From Cenococcum geophilum (Eukaryota): a DNA stretch of 64,000 nt. Shown one piece after another: positions 1 to 14,000 of this stretch (position 1 is its first letter; each line of letters begins with the position of its first letter). Made by a program: the position numbers and the translations under genes. Below the pieces are notes generated by a model. It was given only the letters and a program-made list of their open reading frames with translations. It had not been told where the DNA came from and did not search any database. The stretch is taken from assembly GCA_050273025.1 (NCBI GenBank), contig CP158635.1, positions 23,808,001 through 23,872,000 of the forward strand. The letters run 5' to 3'.

Positions 1-1790
1 AGGTCTAATCTAGCTAAGACTCGCTCTTAATAAATGACTATATTGCTGGAAAAGAGGACCTTGTATTAGTAACGCTAGTAATAATAGCTAATAAGAGCTT
101 AGATCGATTGGTATTAAATATAGCGTCTATTTAGTAGCTAAAGTTAGTAATAAACCTTTGCGCTAAATCTACCTGGATAGGAAGTTAGAATATAAGCTAC
201 TAGAGACTCTGGGTAATTAGACGACCTAATTCTAGATTAATTGTGTAGGTATATTAAAACTAGTACTTAAATCTATGCTGGTAAAGAAGCAGCTTAAGTG
301 CGCCGAGCGCTTGCGGCTGGCCCTTATTACTAGAAGGAAGGTCGCTTAATAATCTAGCTAAATTGTAATATTTCTTCCTACTTATGTACAACTCCCGGAT
401 AGAAAGTTAACGCTGTGTAGTCTTATATGTCTCTCTTATTGCCCTAAGGCCGTAGGCTACGGCGGCTACTTCTCTAGCTTTAGGTAAATGATCCTGGTAG
501 GCAGTATAGGCAAGAGAATTTGTGGCGAATTTGTGTTTAGGCGCGTCCTTATCTAAAGGATTACTATGCTTGGCGTAGGTAAATATTGCCACCCATCCTT
601 TTATGCCACTATTAGATAAAGGCAGCTTCTTTTAGGCTATACGTATACTCTAGCTGCAACTCTTTTGGTGCACCTTAGTGGCCTCTCGCTGCCGGTTGCT
701 GTTCTTACCGCAAAAGTCGTCCAATTTGCGCCAGTTTTAAGAGTTATCGCTATGGTGTTTATAGACGAATATTGCTACTAGTCTTTTAGCTAATAGATTG
801 TTTAAGCTAGTTGCTTTAATAACTAGAAAGCCTTTATAAAAAGAGTAGTTTTAATATTATTCTTCTGCGGCGTCTAGATCCTTAAAGATCTTACCAGTAT
901 ATGGCTTCTTAAGGTGGTGGGTGGGCATGGCGTTAATAACTTATTTTACTATTAAAACTAAACTTATATCTAACCGGGGGCTCGGCTTCTACTTAGGACG
1001 TGGAATTTAGACTTCTGGTATTGGCGATCGCAGCTATAGTTTATCCGTATACTCTATTTATTGTTCCAAAGCACTAAAAGCAGTATAGCGTTAATAATGG
1101 ATAGGGGAAGAGGTTCTAGGTGGTGGTAGAGGAGGAAAAGTATCGCGTAAATGAAGGTGTACTGCTTTGCAATAGACTACCTAACGCCTTTATACTGTAA
1201 TCTAAGACTTGCAGAGCCCTAATAGACCTTATATAATCTTATCTGATTAATAAGGAATAGATTGGCCAGCTAGGGGGGTATTAGGAAGGAGGATTGGGTT
1301 ACTCTGGCGATTACTAGGTGTTTAAGGTATATAAAAACTAGTTAAACTAGGTGGGGTAGAGGCAGTAGGAATGACGTGCGGACGGCTTAACAGTACCCTA
1401 ATATTAGGAAGATTAGAAAGAGAGTAATTAAGATTATTATCGGCCATATTAAATAGCAGAAAGTTAATATAAAGAAGAAGCGTTATGATTTTGAAGCAAA
1501 TATATAGTATATATACCCGCCCGACTTCGGACCTTATCTTTTAGCCCCGCACTTATATATACTTTATAAGCTATTTAGCGCAGGTTCTTTATATAATAGA
1601 CTATTTAATTATAGCTTTAGATAAGAATTTAGACTACGTGGTTGTTATTCTATTATATTATTTTAGAAGCGGTGTACATATGCTTTTTTAAAGTTTTTTT
1701 AATTTTGACGATAGTGGCCCGTGCGCATCTTACTAAAAGCTGAGTCATGATGGGTCTGTGGGATAAGCCTGCCCTAAGACTGCCCGTATA
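1..1790 (-). mobile_element. Mutator-like (MULE) DNA transposon 5' part, RIP-inactivated; continues off the left edge
   Basis: Minus strand 400-740 reads FCGKNSNRQREATKVHQKSCS*SIRIA...GWVAIFTYAKHSNP, a FAR1/WRKY-GCM1-like C..C..HxH pattern; candidate ATG at 1447; G-starting terminus GGGCAGTCTTAGGGCAGGC near 1786. Confidence 0.5.
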
Positions 1791-1967
1791 TTAAGGATCT
1801 AAGGCTACAAATCTTAGAGAACCAGCAATTTAGAGTAGAAAAGATATCTATTAATATTTTATCTATACCATTATCTCAATCTAACTAAACTATATTAGTT
1901 GCTGCTAAATTCTAACTAGCCTTTAAAAGATAACCGCGATAACTCTTATATAAGTAGCGTAAGTATA

Positions 1968-2750
1968 TATTTAGGTTATATTTATAATCTAATATAGAAT
2001 AGATACTATTTGTTTTATAAAAAGTATTTTTAAGGCCTAGGGCTAGATTTCCGCCATATTAGCTAAACCCTTAAGCTCTACGCTAGCTCTCCGCTATGTT
2101 AGCTAAACTCTATAGCTATACGCTAGCATTATACTAGCTAAAAGAGTATAATACTATATATATTATAGCAATAAGTTAGCTTTTAATAGGCTCTTAGTAG
2201 GCTTCCTAGTAGGCTCCTAGTAGGACTTTAATTTTCCTAGGTATTAAAGGTCTAGGTTAGGCTTAGTATAACTTAGGTTATATATAACCCCCTAAGGTCC
2301 GCAATATATTATCTAAATATTATCCCCCTCCCTAAGGGGGTGGCCCCTACTTTTTAAACGTATTTTTAAGGCCTAGGTTAGTACTAGGTTAGTATAAAGG
2401 GCCTTAACGCGCCTTTAACCTTATTATTACCTCAATAATCTATTTTCTAACCCTCTTATTCTTATACTCGCGCTAGCTTTACGTAGGGCTTCTAATTTTA
2501 TATAGAAAGGCCTACTATAATTCTAATTATATAATATAGAGCCTTCTTCTTCTCCTTCTCTTTTAATCTTTACGTATTTAGTGGCTTTATTTACCTATAC
2601 CACGCTTATACGTCTTCCCCCTTACCTTTTATAGATATAGAGTCTTTTAAGAATCTTCTTACCCTATAGTCCACTTTATAGTCAATAAAAGCCCCCCTAG
2701 CCTCCTCCCCTATAGCCTTTAGAGCAAATTTAAGGCCTAGTGCTTAAAGA
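1968..2750 (-). mobile_element. 3' end of an LTR retrotransposon (PPT plus LTR 1968-2319)
   Basis: Minus strand has a purine tract AGGGAGGGGGATAA directly before a TATTTAG...CTAAATA-bounded segment (RIP form of TG...CA with short inverted ends); right boundary approximate. Confidence 0.55.
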
Positions 2751-4622
2751 ATATTATAAGGGCGTATAAGCTAAAGTAAAAAGAGTAGGAAGACTAGTAT
2801 ATAAGACTAAAAGGTAATATAGACGGCGCCTAGGTAATAAAAGATAAGCTTTACTTATTTTTAGAGTACTATATAAGTAAACTATTGTTAAAAACTGTAC
2901 TAAATTCTTATCCTGCTATATAATTAAAAGCACTAAATTAACTACGCTAATAACTACTCCTGTTATAAAGTTAAACGGTAGCCTTTTCTTCTTTTTATTA
3001 GCCCTTTTATATACCTCCGGATAGTCCTTTAAGTTTAATTAAGCTATACTAGCTATAGCAATTCCGAGTTGTTAAAGCACCTAGAGTAATAGAATATTTA
3101 TAAAGTAGTTATCTAAAAATAGGCAAAATTAATAAGCCTAAAGAGGAAGCTGTTAGGTAAGGTAGAGGACACACTTAGAGGTATTTAAGAGAACAATATC
3201 TTAATAATTTGTTTAAGAAGGAAGTATAAAAAAGCAGCTAAGTAAGGTAAATATAAAGCTATAATAATATCCATATTAACAAAGGCTTATTATCTTAAAG
3301 CCCTCTAGTATTAGCTTACTAGGCAATTTAATTATAGTTATAGATTATTTAGTAAACCTTACTATTATCTTATTAAAGCTAACTATAGATCTAGGTATAA
3401 TATACTTTCTAAATGCCTCGCCTAAAGGAGTTGTTAACGGCTTAATTTTCTTAAAGACTTAACGTTTAACGCCCTCTGGTGGAGGTAGTAAGACATAGAA
3501 GAAGCGCTTAAGTTACTCCTATTTTTTTAGGCTTATAAATAAGCTAATTAAGTGTCTAGGATATTTAAGATCTACAGCCCAAAGATCTAGTACCTAAGTG
3601 CCTTTAAAGACGCCTATATAGATAATAAGCCCTACCTAAATTATTAATTCGCTAGTAGAGGTCTCCTTCTATACCTGTAATTATTTACCCATATATTATC
3701 CTAATTAGTAATATCCACTAGTATTTTAGGAGGCTGCATATAGGTTTATATTAATCGCGAGCTTCTTAAATATGCTAACACTAAAGAATAGTAGAAATAC
3801 TTAAATTGGTAGGTCTTATCTAAATCTATATCTACCAGACGCTATACTAATCTAATCTGCCAGCGTATAATAAGTATAGCGCTTACTATCCTCATTTTAA
3901 TTAGGAAGGTTATTAGATTTAATATCCGCGTTAATGCTACTAATAGGCTTATTAGTACGCCGAGTGGCGAATATAAACTTATTTAAAAGGTTAATAACTT
4001 TAAGATCTAGTTTAGGAATAGTGGCCATAGGCTCCTATAAAGTAGGAATAGTAGAAAGGCTTATTCTTATAACTTCTTCAGCTAATAGCTCTAGTAGTTT
4101 AGTTTTATCTACCTTATCTACCTTATCCTTAGTAGTCTTGCCGCGGGCCTTAAAAGAGGCTTCTAATTTGTCCTTAATATCCTCTATCTAGCTGCTTAGC
4201 TAAGCCTCTACCGCCTACTATGTAGCTACTACTGACACGCTATCGTGTGTATACTGCATCACTTAAAGGGATTATAAATAGGACTCCTAGGCTTAAGGTA
4301 CTTTTGGAGGCTTTAGAGGCTTTAGAGCCGAAGGAGTATGACTTTTTTAGGCGGTATAAGGACGATATTTTACTAATAATTTAATGATTAAATAGACGGC
4401 GACAATATTAAAGCTTTTAGATTAACTATACTAAATATTATAGGCTTCCTGGCCATGTCGCTACTGTTTACCACAATATTTAAGCGTTAATAAGGCATTA
4501 GTATCTTTACTACCGCACTAACTAAAGGCTTTAACACTAAGCTATATATAGTATAAAGCCTCTAGATTGGCTTATAAGGCGTGTATATACGAAAAGTCCA
4601 TAAAAACTTGCCAGATAAAGGG
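2750..4622 (-). mobile_element. piggyBac-like transposon, 3'-truncated, with transposase pseudogene (DDE_Tnp_1_7)
   Basis: Minus strand reads FLLFF...LAININLYA, ELII*VGLIIYIG..DLW, E*LKRFF, VSFNKIIVRFTK*S (SFDE), KLPSKLILEGFKI, LFLDNYF, *QDKNLV; 5' terminus CCCTTTATCTGG at 4622 next to TTAT/ATAA. Confidence 0.85.
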
Positions 4623-7600
4623 ATAACTAAACTTACAGATCTCTTTTTTAATAAAGTAGTACGTTGTTTTAGAATATCTAAAGGGATTATATTTAATTAT
4701 AGTAGTATTTTTACTAGTAAGTATTAGTTAGAGCTATACTTTACTATAAAGATAAAATATAGGCTAAGTATAGCCTTTTACCCATAAATAGATGGGTAAA
4801 TAAAACGCTAGAACTAAACGCCAGAGTATTACCTTTTTATATTCTATAATAAAAAGCAGAGTAATTAGGTAGGTGTATAATTACAGCACCTGTTGTACCA
4901 ACCGCGTGCGTGTTTACGCGTTCGGTGCACCAACCACCCGCTTACGCGTCTACTGACTAATTAGGGGGGGGGGTCGCATCAGTATATAGACCACGTAGTC
5001 TACCTCAATAGAATCAACAGTCACCACCATCCTAAAGAGCATACGATACTATACGTATTTCGTGCCCCGGGATATGACTCATTTGCACCATTAAGTTGGT
5101 ATAAACACTAATCAGTGAGCGCGCACAGATCAGCAATCACTTGATACCTCCCCCAAGCGATACATGACAGTGACCACCCGTTCAATCCCAGTACAACCTA
5201 CTAGAAGGTCGGAAGGTGAAGGATTACGGACTATCACCAACTCTGTATACTTATTTAAGTCTTAGTACGGTTTACCGGAAGTTTATAGACGCGAATACAG
5301 ACCTTTACGGAACCCTTTACCCTTCTATAAACCATTACAGACCTGCTAATTGCCTTTACGGACCGTTATAAAACCTTACGGAAACCTCTACCCCTCCGCG
5401 AACTATTATGGACCTATTAATTGCCTTTACGGACCACTACAAGACCTCTTCCACCTGCTACGCACTACACTACACTATACAATATAGCAGACATTAGTAA
5501 GCAAATTGACGAAGGTTAAGAGAAGTGGAGTTAGGGAGTTAACCTTATATCTATAACTAACGTTAACAACTATATTAAATTTAAAATCCTTAAATACGGA
5601 TACTATAAGCTTTTAAATAACGATATATAGGAGTAATATAAAGAAGACTTTGCAGACTTTACGGAAGATACCTTTAAGGCTTATAGTATTATACCTATTC
5701 GCAACCTACGAACCCTTTTATATCACTAAGGTATATGGGTTAAAAAGGACAGGCGAGTCACTATTATACGGTCTCTGTACGATATACTACATAAGGAGGA
5801 CCAAACGGAATGGACTAAGGAGCAGATCCTAAATCACATTAAAACCAATAGACTCTTTACCTCTTTTAAACTTAATAGGATCTCCGGTCTTATTAACGAC
5901 CTATTTAACCACATTTGTCCTATAGACTAAAGAAGTCTTAGAATTAATCTAACGGGCTAAAGCACACCTAGTACTTAAGTTACGGACCGCAATACCCCCG
6001 TAAACCAAAATAAGACCGTAAATACGAAGGACTAATACGCTGCATAGCGTGTAAGAGGCGCCTATATTGCTATAGTCTGCTAACCCAAATCTGCCTACGA
6101 CTTGTCCTTTGCGGCCTAGGCAGTAGATCCGTAAGAAGAAAATGTTAAGCAGCTTAATAAGCGCATTCAATGGCAGATTAATAATGCGATAAGAGGACTT
6201 ACTTTTGTACCGCTAGACCTAAATTCTATTAGCGTAATAGTATTTATAGACGCCTCCTTTGCCAATAATAGGGACCTATTATCACAAATCGGCTTTGTGA
6301 TTGTACTTACAGACCGTAATTAAGACGTAAATATACTGCACTGGTCTTTAATAAAGTGCAAATAAGTAACCCGCAGTGTACTAGCTTCTAAACTATATGC
6401 ACTAGCTTATGGATTTAATATAGCAGCCGCAATTAAATTAACGGTTTAGAATATTCTATAACTGGAGCAGTTACCCCTAGTTTTATGCACCGATTTAAAG
6501 TCCCTCTACAACTGCCTAGTTAAACTAGGTACGATATAAGAGAAGAGGCTCATGGTCGACCTAATGTGCTTATATTAGGCCTATAAATGACGTAAGATTA
6601 CGGAGGTTAAATAGATTAGCAGCGGAGATAACCTAGCGGACGCTATAACTAAGGCAAAGCCGTGCCAAGCTCTTAAAACCCTAATTAACATAAATAAGCT
6701 TAACCTAAGGGTTATAGAATGGGTGGAACGAGACTAACGGAGCACTTACGGTTTATTTACGCCCGTTAGAAGGCCGTACGGTTTATTTTACGGACCGTAA
6801 GCAGGACTTATGGCCAGCTTGAAGCACCGTTTGGAAGGCAGCCTAGACGGCACCTCGGGGGAGATTTCCTATATATTTTCCTTTATGTTTTACGGTTCTA
6901 TTAAAGCAATTACGGAGGCTATATATAGGTGGTTTCATTTTTCAAGTACCGCTAGTGTATAATTACAGCACCTGTTGTACCAACCGCGTGCGTGTTTACG
7001 CGTTCGGTGCACTAACCACCCACTTACGCGTCTAGTGCACTCCTAAAGCACTGACTAATTAGGGGGGGGGTCGCATTAGTATATAGACCACGTAGTCTAC
7101 CTTAATAGAATCGACAGTTACCACCATCCCAAAGAGCATACGATACTATACGTATTTCGTGCCCTGGGATATGACTCATTTGCACCATTAAGTTGGTACA
7201 AATAGTAGGCCTTTTATTACTAGCCGAATTCGCCTATAATAATATTAAATATAGCACGATAAGTATAAGCCTGTTTTATACATACTATAAATTTTACCTA
7301 CATCTAGAATATAAGGTTAAAGTAAATAATAGTAGTTCTATTCTAGCCGCCTTAAAGAGAATTAAAAGAATATCCCTTAAACATAAAGTATTGATAAAAC
7401 ACTAAGAATATGCTACTAAGGCATAGGCAAAATACTATAATTGTTATTATTAACTATAGGCATATAAAGTAGAGGATTTAGTTCTGTTATTAACTAAAAA
7501 CCTTAAACTAAAAAGGCTAAGTAAGAAGCTTATAGCTTATTTTATTGGATCTTTTAGTATAGCTAAGCCTATTAGAAAGTAAGTATACTAGCTATATCTA

Positions 7601-9287
7601 CCTACGTCTTACTATATCTACCTAGTATTCTATATTAGCTTACTAGAGCTATATAAATAATATAAAGGCACTACTAAAGACCCTTTACTAGGGCCTATTA
7701 AGCTAGATAATTAAAAGGACTAAGAGGACTAGTATAAGGTAAAAGAAATATATAGAAGAAAGGGATATAACTAGACCCTATAGTACCTAATTAAGTAAAA
7801 AGGCTAGCTAGAAAAATATAACTAATACGTCCTAGTAGAGGATATTAATAAGGATATAAAGGAGACGTATAATAGTTACTTTACCCTAAAGGGTAAATAG
7901 AAGAGAAAGAAGGTAGGAGAACTAGAATAATTAAATTATAATAAGAATTACGCCTTACTAGCGGGACGACGGCGGAGTAATGGTAGAGCGATAGTAGAAC
8001 GCTAATAGAAATATAAATATTCTACAGCTCTACCAAATCCTCCCTCTCCTCCTTTTTCTCTTCCTCCTCTTTACCCTTTTTATCCTTATCCTTCTTACCT
8101 TACCCTCCTTTTTATCTCTTATAATAGGAGGTATATTAGCCTATAAGTACTATTAGTATACACTATACTAGCGAAACCTCTGCGCTATAACATATACTAA
8201 AGCGCGCATTATATTAAGAATCCCTTTAAGGGTTTAATAGATAGCCTATAATTCCTACACTTAAAGTAAGGGGAAGTCTTTGCCCTTTAGGCGCTAGCAA
8301 AGATAATACTTAGCGCTAGTACGTACTAAGGCCTTAATATCCTTTATAAAGGATTTCTAGGTAGTAGCAATATAAGCGTTTTAGTTAGCCGTATCTCTAC
8401 TAGTAATATAACGGCGCTTATCCCGGTTAATAAGGGCGAGTAACTTATTTAGGCGGCTATAAAAGGCCTTAAGAACCTAGCCCTATTAGCTACTAAAGCC
8501 TAAACTAATAGATATAGGCTTACTGCTTAATATAACTTATTTAATCGTTAGCAGTAACCGTAATTGCGGTTAGCCTACTTACTATAAATAGCCACCTAGT
8601 AGTGGCTACGCGCTTAGCGTAGTGAAGGCAAATTAGTTTAAGTAAGGCTGGGGAAGTACCTTATAAATAGTAAGGGAGCTTAGACGACGTCTAGTAAGAT
8701 TAGCGACCGCTATAAGCTAGTATAGAGAATACTTACGGAATGTCCGCTAGTAGGCAAACCGGCAGCTTAATACTTGCAATCTATAGTTAGTTAGAAGTCG
8801 TAAAGACGGCAAGACGCAGGCTAAAGGAATGGAAAAGGTACGGTAAGGGAAATCTAGTACTCTACTTAGGGAAACTTCTACCTTTATAGATCTCTATAGG
8901 GCCCTAGCGTTCTATTATCCTATTGTCCTATTATCCTACTATTTTATTATCTTATTATCCTATTACCTAATTATCTAATTATGTTATATTATACTACACA
9001 TTTCTTATTTAGTAAAGGATAATAACAACACTCCTATTGTATAATAGCGCTAGTTAAGGACAGCTGCTTAAAAAAAGGGGGGTAATTATTAGGCTATAGA
9101 GACGTATTTACTGTAACTAGCTTAGCGCAGGCAAGGTAAAGGCAAGGCGCCTATAAAACGTAGTCGTCCCATACTAGAGAATAGCAGAATTTAGTTCTAT
9201 AGTTCTACTTTATTAAGAACTAGATACCTATTATATCCCACTACTATTATTATATTGATAAACCTTAAGGGCCTTAACGATCTAATA
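4623..9287 (+). mobile_element. Gypsy-1: 3' half of a Ty3/Gypsy chromovirus (integrase, chromodomain, long 3' region, PPT, 3' LTR 9087-9287); interrupted by Copia-1
   Basis: SIAFYP*IDG*IKR*N (STAFHPQTDGQTERQN), LAEFAYNN, FIGSF (GPF), chromodomain at ~7730-7860, PPT AAAAAAAGGGGGG at ~9070, LTR ends TATTAG...CTAATA. Confidence 0.9.
4874..7204 (+). mobile_element. Copia-1: internally deleted GalEa-like Copia (LTRs 4874-5107 and 6956-7204)
   Basis: Paired LTRs, 5-bp TSD GTAGG; keeps the gag start and the RNase H end (IDASF, EKRLMVDL, LADAITK); homologous to 20110-33963 and 51988-58036. Confidence 0.95.
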
Positions 9288-10627
9288 AGCCTACTATATA
9301 AATATAGTAAGGTTTAGGTACTATAAGAAGTAAATTTATAATAGAAGATTCTTATAAAGAATTATAATAATCCTCTAGGTAGCTGTTATAGTTAAGTTAA
9401 AATAGTGGAATTACTTTAATATAAATATTATTAGCTAAAGCTTAATTAGGAAGTATAGGAGTATATTAGGTATATAAAATCTAAAGGTATAAGCTATAGG
9501 GTTTACTTAAATCGGTTCCTTCTACTAGCAAACTATAGTAATATTACACTATAGATTTAATTACGGATCTTCTACTATTTAAGAATAAGGAAGGATAAAT
9601 ATACGATTTAGTTTTTATATTTATTAATAGGGTTTAAAGTATGTCTATCTAATACTTTCCTATTAGTAAGATAATTAATATATAAGTGCTTATAAACTTA
9701 ATTAAGGAGAAATGCTTTTCTAAAGTAGATTAACTATACTTTATTATTACTAATAGAGGCAGCGCCTTTATAAGCTAACACTAACTAGACCTATACTTCC
9801 ATTTAAAGATAAACTATAGTTATAGTATAGCTTTCTATTTATAGTTGGATAGGTAAATATAAATATATTTAAACTATTAGTAAGATAATTAGTATTAGCT
9901 ACTTCTATACACGGAATATAATTATAACTTAAAGCAATATTATTATATTAGTATACACTAATTTAGATTACGTATAGTATTTAATTATTTAGGTTTAATA
10001 GTGTACTTAATAATTACTAGTTAAGGCTATATAATTAATTATAGAATTCTACTAAGAAGTTTAAAGATATTTACTAAAAAGTTTAAAGGTACCTTAAGGA
10101 ATAGAAGTATATAAAGTAGAGTCTATAAGATGCCTAAGAGCAGTAAAGACTTTAATATAACTATAAATACTAGGATAAGTATTTTGGAGTAAGTAATAAA
10201 GTTCTATTACGTTTAATAAATATTAAGACTTATTAATAATTAAAGAAGCTTAATATAAGATACCTAGGTCCCTTTTAAATTAAGGAATAAATTAGTAAGC
10301 TAGCTTATTATCTCTAACTACCCCTATCTATAGCCTATATATATTTAGTATTTTATATAAACTATTACGGCACTAGTAGAACTTGGTAGAACTTGGCAGA
10401 ACTTCGCACCGGTAAGTTGCCACAGATTGCCACATATTGCGATTACGTGACGCGAAGATCTTATAAAATACTAAACGGCAATGCTCTTCTTCTCCTTTCC
10501 TTTCCCTAGCTTTAGATTCTCGTTTATAGACAATTTAATCGTATAGGCTTGCGCGTCCCCTTTGCCATGCCCATGCCTCGATTAACTAAGTCGCTAATAT
10601 TATCTAAAGCTTACTCTACTCTTTCTT

Positions 10628-11047
10628 TGTTACGGACGCTTTAAGTATAATATTACAACTACTTAGAGAGGAGTTGGAAGAAGCTAGTTAGTTAATTTAG
10701 GCACGGTCTAGGATAGAGCCGATAGAGCTATATAATAAGGAATAGTAACTAAGGTCATATAACGTTATACGCAGTATACGCAGTATATAAAGGGAATGTA
10801 TATATAATACGTATAATACATATTTTATATATAAAGGGGATTTCTTAAAAGTACGGTTGTGTATTTAAAGGACCATAGTCCCTACCCAAATAGTTCTCTC
10901 CTTTGTAATGAATCTCAGAATATAATTAGAGTTAATCTATTAGGCAACCACTCCACTAGTTATTATTACGTTATTAACTTCTTATTTACCTATATATCCA
11001 GCCTATTAATAAGTCTACCATAGTTCCTGCTATAAGGCTTCGTTATA
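10628..11047 (+). mobile_element. Solo LTR related to the Gypsy-4 LTR, inserted in the Gypsy-3 leader
   Basis: Starts TGTTACGGACGCTTTAAGT and ends CGTTATA, as at 24687-25112; TSD TTCTT on both sides. Confidence 0.93.
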
Positions 11048-14000
11048 TTCTTTCTAAGAAGGAACTTAAATATATCTATAAGACTATAAATAGGATAAGA
11101 ACAAAGAATAGAACCCTAAGGAAAGGACTTATAAGATATATATAGACCAGAACCCCTAAAGAAATTACCCGGAATTACCTAACACCCCTACTACTATGCC
11201 ACAAAATATAGTAGTAGGTAAAGCAGCTACAGGACCCTTAAATATATTAGATAAAGAAACAATTAACGTTTTAACCCCCTAGGTAGAGCTTGCGGCTACT
11301 AATACTAAAATTAAACAACTACGAGAGCTACTTAAAGCTAGAGATACCCCTATATCTAATAATAAGTCATTATTAAATAATTAAAGACTTGCTATAGTCC
11401 TTTAGGCCCTTTCTTAGCGCCTTAGTAGATTTACTAAGGCCTATATAGCACTAAAGCAGTTAGTAAAGGTCGTGGACCCCCTACTACTTACAGACGGAAC
11501 CGACCCTATATTTAATAATTAGAAGTTTTAATTACGGGATAAGCTTAAAGTTAATATAGACTACTTCCCTAGCGCCTAAGCTAGAATAGCTTATATCTTC
11601 GGCCGTACTAGCGGAGACGCCTAGATATATTTACACCTGTAATATACTAAAGACTTAGCAGACCCTTTATCTCTAAAGAAGAAATAATTAAATACTTATC
11701 TTTTATTTATAAAGACCCTTTTAAAGTATAAAACGCCTGCTTTAGTTATAAAAGCCTAAATATAAAAACAACGGAGACCTTTTTAGCCTTCTAAACCCGC
11801 TTTTTATACCTAGCCGGATAGGCCTAGATCCCCTAAAAAGACCTACTGCTAAACCTCTTTAATAAGCTTACCCTAGACCTATAGCGGGCCATATTACTAG
11901 CTTATACTACGGTATAGACGTTAAAGAAACTTACGGACTATTACCTAGCTATTAACTAAGGCCTTTATTAAATTAAAGTATATATTAATTAGCTAAAAAC
12001 TAGAAACCTTATAAACCAGGCCGTAAGTACTATAAGTACGGCCCATAGTGCCCCGGTATAATTAGTAACCCCTATAGTTAACCTAGTAGCTAGCTGCGCA
12101 ACTACCCTAGCTACGGGCCTAGTATATACCCGGCCTATATATAGTAACCCCTATTTATAGGCCTTTAGCGATTAAGAAGCTTACTTCTTATATGGTTAAA
12201 TAGGCTACCTTATAAGGAACTGCCTAATAAAGGTAAAGATAAATAAGGTCCTATTAATTTAGGAGGATAGTACGGAGCTAAAAAAAGAGGAACCCTAGAG
12301 GAAAACTCCTCTCTAGGGTTAAAAGGGATTAATATATTATATATTAATCTAGGTCGGCTAGTTAGTAGAAGAAGCTGCACTATCCCTTATACTTTATTTC
12401 GTAATAAATATTAAGTTTTAACCTCTACTTTAGCTAACTTAGGAGTAAATATCTTTATCTTAATTAATATAAAGTGCGCTATAAAACTAGCTAACTTTTT
12501 AAATATACCCTTTAAAGAACTGCCTAAACTAATCCCTATTTACGGTTATAATGGACAGATAGGGCTACCTATTACAACTATCTTACGGATTTACCTCCGT
12601 GTTAATAGATAAAGGTAGTATAATATCCTCTTCCTTATTATAGACCTTAGAAGCTATAATATAATTTTAGGGAGAAAATAGCTAGCCTATTTAGGCTTAT
12701 AGCTTAATGTATAGAATAGGCAGCTTATCTAGCCTAAAACTATACCCCTAACGCTTTCCTTTATAAAAGAGATTAGTATTATAATGGAAAACATTATACA
12801 GCCGCAGATAGACACCGTTTACTAGGCCGATGTAACGCGTAAGGACCAGGCTTTTAAGAAGGATGTATAGCTTAATCTGTAACGGATCCGTATATTACGC
12901 TGCCCCTAAATTACCTATATTATACCACCTGCACTAAAAACTTAGAAAGTCGGTAGTGGCCTAGCTAAGTCCCTAATAGAGAACCTAGGCCCTATATAGC
13001 TATAAAAGAAGGCTAGGGATATTAAACGATATACCAAACTAATAAACCGGAAGGATAACTTATGGAAAATGGAATGTAAGCTAAGGAAGACTATAAACCT
13101 TATACCGTAAAATACGGCCTAATAAATATCTATAAAGAAACCTACGGACCTCCCACTAGTTAATATCTGCTGTATTAGCGCTATAGGATTCTACCAGAAC
13201 CTAATTCAGCCTAATATTGTTACCTTTATAACTAGCTTATACGAAATTAATTAAATAATTAAAGAGAAAGAAGCCCTAGCCTAAGAAAAAGGCGAGCTTA
13301 TAGATAAGGAGCTAGTAGAACGGAAACTACCCCGTTAATACTAGAAATTTAAAAACACCTTTTTTAAAGTAGTGTTTAATGTACTTCCGCCTTACTAACC
13401 GTATAATTATAAGATTAAAATTAAGCCGGATAAGGTGGTTACCCTTAGCTATAGCCCCCTTTAACAGTAATTTACTGCTAAATTATAGGCTATAAAGTAG
13501 TATCTTATTAATAACCTAGATAAGGGCTTTATTGAGCCTAGTTAAGCCCCTTTTAACTTACCTATTCTCTTTGCTAAAAAGCTAAATAAAGGACTTTGTT
13601 TCTATATTAACTACCGCAAGTTTAATAACTTAACCCTTAAAGACTGCTATCCACTGCCTTTATTTAATGAGACTTTGGCCTAAATAAGTAGAGCTAAGAT
13701 CTTTATAAAGCTTAATATCCGCTAGGCTTTTTACTAAATTAGAATAAACCCTAAATTAAAAAACCTTATTACGTTTCGGACCTATTATAGAATGTATAAA
13801 TATAAAGTACTGCCTTTTAGACTGACTAACGGACCGGCTATATACCAACAATATATAAATAATGTACTATTTAACTACCTTAATAACTTCTATACAGTAT
13901 ACCTAGATAATATTATAATCTACTCCAAAAATAAACTGGAATATAAAGAGCATATCTATAAAGTCCTATAATGGCTTTAGGAAGCTAGCCTCTAAGCTAA

